Shown: positions 53,138 through 64,000 of the stretch, piece after piece
Numbering within the stretch: the stretch's first letter is position 1
Layout of the letters: each line of letters begins with the position of its first letter
Source of the DNA: Ylistrum balloti
Taxonomy: Eukaryota
Assembly: GCF_031769215.1 (NCBI RefSeq)
Contig: NW_026782140.1
Coordinates: 1,488,001 to 1,552,000 of the forward strand
Reading direction: 5' to 3'
Length of the DNA stretch: 64,000 nucleotides
Program-made: the position numbers and the translations under genes
The notes under the pieces: model-generated
What the model was told of the DNA's origin: nothing
Databases searched by the model: none
Seen by the model: only the letters and a program-made list of their open reading frames with translations

Positions 53138-53975
53138 ATTTATTAGGATTATGGTGGGGTATTCAAATCGCCTGCGTCTGTGGTCCGTCGTCCATCCGTA
53201 AACAATTCTTGTTACCGCTATTTCTGGGAAAGTACTGGATGGATCTTTCTCAAATTTCATATGCAGTTTCCCCATGGTCCCTAGTTGTGCATTGTACCTT
53301 TTTTGGACTGATTCGAATTCAAGATGGCCGACAGGCAGCCATCTTGGATTTTGGAAGTAAAAGTTTATTACCGCTATTTCTGGGAAAGAACTGGATGGTC
53401 CCTATTTGTACCTTTTTTCAAATGTCATATACAGGTTCTTGGATTTTGGAAGTAAAAGTTTGTTACCGCTATTTCTGGGAAAGTACTGGATGGATCTTTC
53501 TCAAATTTCATATATGGTTGTTTATTGTACCTTTTTTGGACTGATTTGAATTCAAGATGACCGACAGGCAGCCATCTTGGATTTTGGAAGTAAAAGTTTG
53601 TTACCGCTATTTCTGGGAAAGTACTGGATGGATCTTTCTCAAATGTCATATACAGGTTTCTAGTTGTGCATTGTACCTTTTTTTCATTCAAGATGACCGA
53701 CAGGCAATGATTTTGGAAGTAAAAGTTTGTTACCGCTATTTCTTGGAAAGTTCCCTCAAATTTCATATGCAGTTTCCCCATGGTCCCTAGTTGTGCATTG
53801 TACCTTTTTTGGACTGATTTGAATTCAAGATGACCGACAGGCAGCCATCTTGGATTTTGGAAGTAAAAGTTTGTTACCGCTATTTCTGGGAAAGTACTGG
53901 ATGGATCTTTCTCAGATTTCATATGCAGGTTCCTCAAATGGTGGGCGCCAAGATCCCACTGGGATCTCTTGTTGT
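53138..53975 (+). mobile_element. Non-autonomous Helentron/HINE-like element with internal tandem repeats
   Basis: It begins at a T-run (tttattagg), has a gtccgtcgtccatccgt microsatellite and about 5 partly deleted internal repeats (tgttaccgctatttctgggaaagtactggatggatctttctcaaat...ggcagccatcttggattttggaagtaaaag). A 3' hairpin AGATCCC-ACT-GGGATCT is followed by cttgtt. Confidence 0.65.
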
Positions 53976-54925
53976 AACATATATTACACATCATTCTCGT
54001 GAGTGGCACATGGAAAGATAAAACAGTAACGGCATGACCAGGACCCAACTGTCATCACTAACATGTCCATCTGTTTTCAAAATTATTGACGTTGACTAAA
54101 AGCCAGTTGTTTCCGTAACAAATAAATACATTCAATGTACAAATAATCAACGTTGGATTGATATAAGTTCTAGTATTCATCAATGATTTCTTGGTAGTGT
54201 GTAACCAGCTGATGTTCAAACGGTATTTACATTCACAAATGATTCCACATATCCGCAACTCTAATGTGAAAACTTTCCGTCTTAGTTCTATGTTACAGCG
54301 ACATTTGTGATGTTTAAAGTTGTGACCACATGTCCTTTTGTAGCAAATGTTCACAGGTCACTTTTCCATCAATATATAATGAATTTGAAGACGATGATTA
54401 AATTTCATTCTACGTTTTTTAGAGTTAGAAGTTTCAGTATCCTCCTGGCACGTTCGCTGTATGGAAGATCCCTAAACTTTAGGATAAGTTTGGTTGCACC
54501 CGTTGGACATTTCCGATGATTTGTATGTCTTTTAGATTTTACCGATTTCATGCACAAGCTGCATATTCCAAGTGTGGCCTGACTAAATGTTTGAATATTA
54601 TTGAAACATTGACTCGTTCAAGTATGTAAAATATCTACTGAGTATACAGAGGGTTCATATAGAGCTGTGGTGGTGGAAACGAAATCCAGTTTTCCAACTG
54701 ACACACCCAAACCTTTTTCAATTTCAGTATTTTCAAGAGGTTTCGTTTTGTCATTTTGATTCTGTTGATGGTGTCCCCCAAAGTCTTCTGTTCCTTATTC
54801 TTCTGGTGGTCAATGTTATTCAGGTGTTCTGGTGAAACTAGATCCGTTTGTATGTCTTCATCTTCCTGATTTGCAATATACGTTTTGTTTCATTCGGTAT
54901 GTTATTCAGGCATGTCGTAAATATA

Positions 54926-56258
54926 TACTGAACCCCATAGAAAGTACATTTTCACGTCAAAACTTTTTAATGTGACCTTTTGTATACTACTGTCAATATC
55001 AATAATATAAGTTGTGAGTGAAAATGGTTGAATGACATGCTTTTTGGTCACTTCCGACATTGTTCACACCGACACATGCGCAATGCGTAAAATCGTTTAT
55101 TCTGCACGTACATACACGGGTTTTGCCAATACGTATGAATTTCCACCGATACATATCCTTTATAAAGTGGTCCGTCCCAAAAACATTCATTCGGTGAGGG
55201 TAGCGTGAATAATGCTCATGAAACGCGATGCCACGAGTAACACAATTGCAGAGAGGAATGACTCTTGGAAGTTTGCAGGCGGGTACTTCCGCCACTATTG
55301 TAGCCAGGCGCTTGGTATGTCATGTTAGCACTATCACAGTCTTGCTGAACGCTTTCAACATACGGACTCTGTTTCTGATCGATCCCGGAAGGGAAAACCA
55401 AGGATTAACAACCTCAGGCCCAAGATTGCTACACCCGGATAACTCGCCTTCTTATCTAGACCAATCTTGTTGATTGGCGACGAGTTCTCTTCTCAGACGA
55501 GTCTCGATACCATCTTTCCCATGTTGATGGCCTGGTGCGTGTGTGGTGTCGACGTAACGAACGTCGCTGTGTCCTGCATGCTAACAGGTGGGGTGGCGGC
55601 AGCGTGATGGTGTGGGGAACCTTTAGTTTCCACCATCTGACACCCCTTCACGTCTTCCGTAATCGTGTAACAGGAGTGGTACACAGGAATGGCGTTCTTA
55701 GGCCTTACGTCGTTCTCTGGTTTGTTGCACAGCCTTAACAGCAGTTTTACCTGCAAGACAACGCCCGTTCCCACACGGCTCGAGTACCTATGGGTTTCCT
55801 TACACAGAATAAAGTGAATGTCCTGCCTTGGTCGTCTCTTTCACCAGATAAGGCACCGATAGAACATGTGTGGGATGAAATTGGGAGAAGAATCGCTGGT
55901 GGTCGAATCTGTTGACGTTCACACAGCTGGAACAGAGACTCCTCAAGGAATAGAACAATTTGCTCCAGGCATTCTTCCAGCCTCTCGGCAATTCCATAAG
56001 ACGACATTACACAGCCTTTACCAATGCCCAAGGCGGACAGGCGCATTATTGACTGATTTGTGATTTTCCTTTCACGGAGATACCTTCATTAAATAAACAA
56101 TAGAAATTGTAAAGTTTATGAAGTGAAATCTAGCCACATTTTGTTTAATTGCAATTTTAACAAACTATTGAATAACTCAGTAAAAATTCAATTCCTTTTT
56201 AAATTTCTTATCAAAACGTATCTTTATTCGGACATGCGTTTCTTTTGGGGCTCTGTCT
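54926..56258 (+). mobile_element. Second decayed Tc1-family (DD34E) transposon
   Basis: Fragments are MPRVTQLQRGMTLGSLQAG (HTH), VLFSDESR, WGGGSVMVWG, QDNARSHTAR and APIEHVWDEIGRR, with 34 residues between D and E. Degenerate TIRs are tactgaaccccatagaaag and tttcttttggggctctgt. The coding region is frameshifted. Confidence 0.88.
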
Positions 56259-56329
56259 AAATAACGGATAGGATAGGGCCTAGTACGCCTCCATGTAGAT
56301 TCCGATTTAATAGTCATGTTATTTGGATG

Positions 56330-57250
56330 ATAATCTATTCATCTTTACTCTTTTATGCCTGTTGTTAAGGTTTCTGTCCAGTTTATTGTACTCAACGATG
56401 TAGCGAGGAAGGGATACTTTACTTAATGTTTTTATAAAATCTACGAATAACATCTACCTCCTCTCCAGCATTCTTGTTCAGTCGTCCAGAACTATCAACA
56501 TCTGAATTATTGGAAACCCTCCTGGTAGAAATCTGATAACTAATGAGCTTTCCTATTATTTTACAAAGGATGATGATTTCCTGGGTCTGAATTTGAACTC
56601 TTTTTAATATTAGCTTCTTTCCAGAGCAGAACACCTTCAGTAAATGATTTGATGATAGCGGTTGGCTATGGACACCTGTTAGTTCTTTCAGATGATTTGG
56701 ATGCAAATCATCTTGCTCGTATGGTTCCGTCAAAGTTCATAAGACGTTTTCTAGTTTGGTTTTTGTTTAAGGATAACTCCTGGAAAGACTTTTATTATTC
56801 TATATTATAGGTATTTTATCTAGTGGTGAAATCACTGGTAAGAAAATTCCATCAAATCTGCGTTTTTCTGTACCACTATCTAAATTTGTTTGATTCCCGC
56901 CGTTGGTTTTAAGTCCGCTATTTCTAACTTCACTTTCCGCTTTTCAAAATCGGATTAGCTGTTACCTAACGTTTGTTTGCTATCTCTTTTTCAAATTCAT
57001 TTCTTGATTTCTTGGCCTCCCATTTAGCTTGGTATTCCGTATACATTCAGGGCGATTCCTAAATACTGGGTTCATGCTCTATGTTTCTTCTTTATTTCTT
57101 GATTGCCTCTTACTGAGCGATAATTTTCTGTAGTTTGTTAGGAACTTTCCCTTTCTAATAAATTACAGATGTCGCTAAGATAAAGCTATGACATAGAATT
57201 CCAAGAGATGGAGCTTGATGAAGACTGTGGGGGTTTAATATCCAATAATT
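56330..57250 (-). mobile_element. Highly decayed CR1-like LINE ORF2 remnant
   Basis: Minus-strand fragments resemble the CR1 linker and RT N-terminus (SRNEFEKR..., GEEVDVIRRFYK). There are many stops, and boundaries are approximate. Confidence 0.45.
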
Positions 57251-57964
57251 ATCTCATAAAGGAACACATTATTTCCTGGAGCAGGTTATCAGGTTATCTA
57301 TGTGTAGGATGCCTCTGAGTTTAGGTGTTATATACCTTGTTCTCATTTAAGAACGTGGTGACATTACTTTATTTAAACTTTATTTACACATCGGATGTTA
57401 ATGAAACGGAAGACGCTTACCCATCCCAAACACCTGGTCTTACTTTCTGTATACATATTAAGGGTGAAATAATTGCATCAATTGTGAGTTTTTATTATGA
57501 TTTTGTTGACATGTAGATACATGAATTTATATTTAGAATGATATGTTGACATACAATACTGAACGCAACAGTTGTTTCGTGTTTACACGAATTAAACCTG
57601 TATTTCGGTCAACTGGTAAAATCAAGGGTAATCGACATAGTGAAAAACACAATGAATTAAACAAAAATAAAAATATGTACTAGGAAGTGATGTTTGGTAC
57701 CTATTGTAATAAGTCACGAAAAGACTTGAGCTAGATATTAAATTTTTGTCTGTATGATCTACAGTACTCACAAATGCTGGGGTTGCATCCCTTTAAATAC
57801 TTGTAATACTCTCGTACAGCACCTATAGCCAATATCCGATCCCACTTTCACGAACGCCTTTTCAACTCAGAATTTGACACGAGCATTATCACTGATATTG
57901 AGAAAAAATCCTGGGATGTATAATACAGATTATAGGTCCATACATCAACTTATTTTTATTTGCT

Positions 57965-59300
57965 GCTGAGGTCCCTGTATAAGCTGACCTGTACTTGATG
58001 TTGAGGTCCCTGTATAAGCTGACCTGTACTTGATGTTGAGGTCCCTGTATAAGCTGACCTGTACTTAATGTTGGGGTCCCTGTATAAACTGACCTGTACT
58101 TGATGTTGAGGTCCCTGTATAAGCTGACCTGTACTTGATGTTGAGGTCCCTGTATAAGCTGACCTGTACTTGATGTTGAGGTCCCTGTATAAGCTGACCT
58201 GTACTTGATGTTGAGGTCCCTGTATAAGCTGACCTGTACTTGATGTTGAGGTCCCTGTATAAGCTGACCTGTACTTGATGTTGAGGTCCCTGTATAAGCT
58301 GACCTGTACTTGATGTTGAGTTCCCTGTATAAGCTGACCTGTACTTGATGTTGGGGTCCCTGTATAAGCTGACCTGTACTTGATGCTGAGGTCCCTGTAT
58401 AAGCTGACCTGTACTTGATGTTGAGGTCCCTGTATAAGCTGACCTGTACTTGATGTTGAGGTCCCTGTATAAGCTGACCTGTACTTGATGCTGAGGTCCT
58501 TGTATAAGCTGATCTGTACTTGATGTTGAGGTCCCTGTATAAGCTGACCTGTACTTGATGCTGAGGTCCCTGTATAAGCTGACCTGTACTTGATATTGAG
58601 GTCCCTGTATAAGCTGACCTGTACTTGATGTTGAGTTCCCTGTATAAGCTGACCTGTGCTTGATGTTGAGGTCCCTGTATAAGCTGACCTGTACTTGATG
58701 CTGAGGTCCCTGTATAAGCTGACTTGTACTTGATGCTGAGGTCCCTGTATAAGCTGATCTGTACTTGATGTTGAGGTCCCTGTATAAGCTGACCTGTACT
58801 TGATGCTGAGGTCCCTGTATAAGCTGATCTGTACTTGATGTTGAGGTCCCTGTATAAGCTGACCTGTACTTGATGTTGAGTTCCCTGTATAAGCTGACCT
58901 GTACTTGATGTTGAGGTCCCTGTATAAGCTGACCTGTACTTGATGTTGAGGTCCCTGTATAAGCTGACCTGTACTTGATGTTGAGGTCCCTGTATAAGCT
59001 GACCTGTACTTGATGTTGAGGTCCCTGTATAAGCTGACCTGTACTTGATGTTGAGGTCCCTGTATAAGCTGACCTGTACTTGATGTTGAGGTCCCTGTAT
59101 AAGCTGACCTGTACTTGATGTTGAGGTCCCTGTATAAGCTGACCTGTACTTGATGTTGAGGTCCCTGTATAAGCTGACCTGTACTTGATGTTGAGGTCCC
59201 TGTATAAGCTGACCTGTGCTTGATGTTGATGTCCCTGTATAAGCTGACCTGTACTTGATGTTGAGGTCCCTGTATAAGCTGACCTGTACTTGATGTCGAG
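57965..59300. repeat. 35-bp minisatellite, about 38 highly homogeneous copies
   Basis: Unit gaggtccctgtataagctgacctgtacttgatgtt. Confidence 0.95.
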
Positions 59301-60544
59301 GTCTGTATTTGTATATATACGTTGATATTTACTGGTTTCTGTGTAATACTACCTTTACTTGCTGTTTAGGTTAATATTTTGATTTCGAAAAAAATCAGTT
59401 TAAGATACTTCAGCAATTTATGATTTTAAACTTTACATCCTTTGCCAATTCCAATTTTCGACATACTGATGATGTGCTGGAATGTTTTTCGGATTTGTAT
59501 TTCTTGTCTTACCAAATATCAAAGTTAGGATATTACTATGGTTTCAATTTAAATACCTCTAGGATGTAAAGGACAAATACTCAGCTGTGCGATTTGTTAA
59601 ATGCCTTCCCCAGAGAAGACGGTAGCACCCATCGTTTATTTTCTACATCAGACATAAGTTACCCCCAGGAACACTGGTTCTGTGCCCCACTCTTGCTGAG
59701 TATGACACAGATTTTATCGATTTGATGAAAGAAATCAATCTCACATTTAAACATTAAACCTGTCAACGAATCGAAGATATGCTTACGCACATTAACAACA
59801 TATTGTTCACGAGCAACCTGAGATAACCATGAGGCTCCCATTAAGTAGTCAGGAGTGGGAAAAAACATTTAAAAGGGAAAAAAACTGGTGGCGAGAAGTA
59901 GAGAAGGTCATGTAAGGCATCCTTCACTTCAGAGGGGGCCATCTGGCGAAGTGGTGTTATTTTCAGAAGTCTTGATCTATTTTGATTCCAAAACGTGCTC
60001 CGCGGAAATGGTGTCCCCTTTCTTGCTTACACCTGGAAGATAAGGGTTCTCGCCAACCCCAAGAACTTGACGTTCAGTACAGAGCTACGGTATTTGTTTA
60101 TTTAAACACAGTCCATTTATGTCTTCTCTCGGGGCATGCACCGGACGTGTAGCATAGGTTTAGGTAAACAAATTACGGTGATCTTATTTTGGGGTCACAC
60201 GTACCCTGTGTCCCGGAACGGTCTTGAAATAAAACATTTTTCAGTAAAGTACTACGGTTCGATATTTTTTGATAAAATGCGTTGCGCATTAATATTTTGT
60301 AAATAAAGATGTTTGGTTTCAAAATCAGATATTATTAGTCAGTAATACAACATGCACTGCTTTAATACACTAAGGTCTATACCGGTTCATTTGCAATAAG
60401 ATTAGTACATATATGTAAATATATATTTTCCGGCAAAACGAGTAGTATATAGGGATTGACGGTCGGAGATATATTGTGGGATCTTTATGCCGGTTGGAAG
60501 GTATATAGGAGATGCAGGGTCAGTACATTTTGGGATGTGTAGGA

Positions 60545-61330
60545 CGGTCAGGAGGTCTATAGTAGGGGTACAACGGTCGGAAGGTTTGAAGGAGGTGTAC
60601 ATGGGTCGGAAGGTTTGTATGAGATGTACGGCGGTCGGGATGTCGGTATGAGACGTACGGCGGTCGGAAGGTTTGAAGGAGGTGTACAAGGGTCGGAAGG
60701 TTTGTATGAGATGTACGGCAGTCAGGACGTCTGTATGAGATATACGGTAGTCGGAAGGTCTGTATGAGATGAACGGCGGTCGTTACGTTTGTAGGTGTAC
60801 GACAGCAGAGTGATCTGTAGGAGGTGTACGACGGTAGAGTGATCTGTAGGAGGTGTACGACGGTTCAGTGGTCTGTATGAGGTGTACGACGGTAGAGTGG
60901 TCTGTACGAGGTGTACGACAGTAGAGTGATCTGTAGGAGATGTACGACGGTAGAGTGGTCTGTAGGAGGTGTGCGACGGTAGAGTGGTCTGTAGGTGTAC
61001 CACGTTAGAGTGGTCTGTAGGAGGTGTACGACGGCAGAGTGGTATGTAGGAGGTGTACGACGTTAGAGTGGTCTGTAGGAGGTGTAAGACAGTAGAGTGG
61101 TCTGTAGGAGGTGTGCGACGGTAGAGTGATCTGTAGGAGGTTTACGACGGTAGAGTGGTCTGTAGGAGATGTACGACGGTAGAGTGGTCTGTAGGAGGTG
61201 TGCGACGGTAGAGTGATCTGTAGGAGATGTACGACGGTAGAGTGGTATGTAGGAGATGTACGACGGTAGAGTGATCTGATGGAGGTGTACGACGGTAGAG
61301 TGGTATGTAGGAGGTGTACGACGGTCTAGA
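60545..61330 (+). repeat. About 29-bp G-rich satellite array A
   Basis: Unit gaggtgtacgacggtagagtggtctgtag, with diverged ggtcggaagg variants at the left end. Confidence 0.9.
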
Positions 61331-61859
61331 CGTCTTATGAGATTTACGACATATGGTATCTGAAGTGTATGATATGGTCGAGGGTCTGTCAGTTGTTCAC
61401 GGTGTGTTGGTCAGGAGTCCTATGGATGACCTGTAACAAGTAAAATTTATCTTAAATAGGATCATGTAATATGCATTTAGAGCGGCTGAAGGGGACAATG
61501 GGTTGATGCATGAATCTAAGACACACCCTCTTTGAATCTCTCCGGTTTAGATTGGGCTATTTGAGTAAATACCGTTTCACCAAATACCTCACTAAACTGG
61601 CCATAATAGCTCCTTTCGCGGTAAAGCTGTTCCTATATTTAGGTACACGTGTATCTTAGAATGAAATCATGCGGAACTCTTCTCATACGATCTGTCATCC
61701 GATCAGGATAAGCACCCAACTTGAGGAAGTATCAGCGATAAAGGAACTTCTTTGTATAACTCACTGTGTAGTAAGACAAATTTATGATAACTATCATCCA
61801 CTCCGTTGTAAACTATTTATATCAATATTTAATATATTTTATTCCTGAATCATATTATA

Positions 61860-63022
61860 GACACCCGACATATCCTAAAGAGTCAGACCAACATACACCT
61901 CCTACAGACAGACCCAACGGACGTACACATTCTACAGACCCCGACCAACGTAAACCTCCTACAGACCCCGACCAACGTACACCTTCTACAGACACGACTA
62001 ACGTACACCTCCTACAGACAGACCCAACGGACGTACACATTCTACAGACCCCGACCAACGTAAACCTCCTACAGACCCCGACCAACGTACACCTTCTACA
62101 GACACGACTAACGTACACCTCCTACAGACACGACCAACGTACACCTTCTACAGACCCTGACCAACCTACACCTCCTACAGACCTCACCAACCTACACCTC
62201 CTACAGACCCCAACAAACGTACACCTACAGACCTGACCAACCTACACCTTCTACAGACACGACCAACAAACACCTCCTACAGACAACACCCACGAACACC
62301 TCCTACAGACCCCACACAACGTCCACCTCCTACAGACCCGACCAACCTATACCTCCTACAGACACGACCAACATACACCTCCTACAGACACGACCAAACT
62401 ACACATTCTACAGACCCCCACCAACGTACAACCCCTACAGACCCCGACCAACATACACCTCATACAGACACGACCAACATACACCTCCTTCAGACACGAC
62501 CAACCTACACCTCATACAGACCCCGACCAACGTACACATTCTACAGACCCCGACCAACGTACACCTCCTACAGACCCCCACCAACGTACACTTCCTACAG
62601 ACCCCGACCAACGTACACATTCTACAGACCCCGACCAACGTACACCTCCTACAGACCCCAACCAACGTCCACCTCCTACAGACCCCGACCAACGTACACC
62701 TCCTACAGACCCCCACCAACGTACACTTCCTACAGACCCCGACCAACGTACACATTCTACAGACCCCGACCAACGTACACCTCCTACAGACCCCGACCAA
62801 CGTACACCTCCTACAGACCCCAACCAACGTCCACCTCCTACAGACCCCTACCAACGTACACCTCCTACAGACCTCGACCAACGTACACCTCCTACAGACC
62901 CCAACAAACGTACACCTACAGACCTGACCAACCTACACCTTCTACAGACACGACCAACAAACACCTCCTACAGACCCCAACCAACGTCCACCTCCTACAG
63001 ACCCCACACAACGTCCACCTCC
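61860..63022 (-). repeat. About 27-bp C-rich satellite array B, a reverse-complement relative of array A
   Basis: Unit cctcctacagaccccgaccaacgtaca. Its reverse complement contains GTCTGTAGGAGGTGTAC, as in array A. Confidence 0.9.
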
Positions 63023-64000
63023 TGAGAGGTCAGTAAACCAATGTACACTTCCTACAGTGAGAGGTCAAAACATGTTTTACCTTCAGACTGAGTGAGAGGT
63101 CAGTAAACATGATCTACCTTCAGACTGAGTGAGAGGTCAGTAAACATGTTTTACCTTCAGACTGAGTGAGAGGTCAGTAAACATGATCTACCTTCAGACT
63201 GAGTGAGAGGTCAGTAAACATGTTTTACCTTCAGACTGAGTGAGAGGTCAGTAAACATGATCTACCTTCAGACTGAGTGAGAGGTCAGTAAACATGTTTT
63301 ACCTTCAGACTGAGTGAGAGGTCAGTAAACATCATCCACATTCAGACTGAGTGAGAGGTCAGTAAACATTATCTTCCTTCAGACTGAGTGAGAGGTCAGT
63401 AAACATGATCTACCTTCAGACTGAGTGAGAGGTCAGTAAACATCATCCACATTCAGACTGAGTGAGAGGTCAGTAAACATGTTTTACCTTCCTTCACAGA
63501 CTGTCAGTGAGAGGTCAGTAAACATGAGATCTACCTTCAGACTGAGTGAGAGGGTAAACATGTTTTACCTTCAAACAGTAGGTATATTCAGACTGAGCGA
63601 GAGGTCAGTAAACATTATCTTCCTTCAGACTGAGTGAGAGGTCAGTAAATATGATCAACCCTCAGACTGAGTGAGAGGTCAGTAAACATGTTTTACCTTC
63701 AGATTGAGTGAGAGGTCAGTAAACATTATCTACCTTCAGACTGAGTGAGAGGTCAGTAAACATGTTCTACCTTCAGACTGAGTGAGACTGAGTGAGAGGT
63801 CAGTAAACACCTTCAGACTGAGTGAGAGGTCAGTAAACATGATCTACCTTCAGACTGAGTGAGAGGTCAGTAAACATGTTCTACCTTCAGACTGAGTGAG
63901 AGGTCAGTAAACATGTTCTACCTTCAGACTGAGTGAGAGGTCAGTAAACATCATCCACATTCAGACTGAGTGAGAGGTCAGTAAACATGTTTTACCTTCA
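63023..64000. repeat. 37-bp minisatellite running off the window end, at least 25 copies
   Basis: Unit gagaggtcagtaaacatg(tt/at)(t/c)taccttcagactgagt, period checked at 63131/63168. Confidence 0.95.

Noticed and set aside
57780-57900. In-frame TGA in a minus-strand exon-like segment (…RVKF*VEKAF…) as selenocysteine
   Set aside because: There is no selenoprotein-family motif, no identifiable SECIS element and no supported gene model.

Overview
This is an AT-rich, intron-rich eukaryotic (animal) window. The repeat families and divergent homeobox suggest a lophotrochozoan, probably a bivalve mollusc (inference). Four spliced genes could be rebuilt by hand with GT-AG junctions in phase. They are FBXO48 (minus strand, 2 coding exons), PIGF (plus, 5 coding exons, head-to-head with FBXO48), a divergent PRD-class-like Q50 homeobox gene (plus, 4 coding exons) and DPP3 (plus, 18 coding exons, 731 aa, HELLGH and EECRAE motifs). 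The window also holds a tRNA-Asp(GTC), an orphan transmembrane terminal exon, two decayed DD34E Tc1 elements, three LINE remnants, several Helentron/HINE-like non-autonomous elements, one N gap and more than 20 minisatellite arrays. Most long ORFs in the ORF track are translations of these arrays. The most striking pattern is that four different DPP3 intronic minisatellites are each built from a copy of the neighbouring exon-intron junction, giving arrays of about 15-33 splice-site look-alikes. A pair of homologous satellite arrays in inverted orientation (foldback-like) lies at 60.5-63.0 kb.
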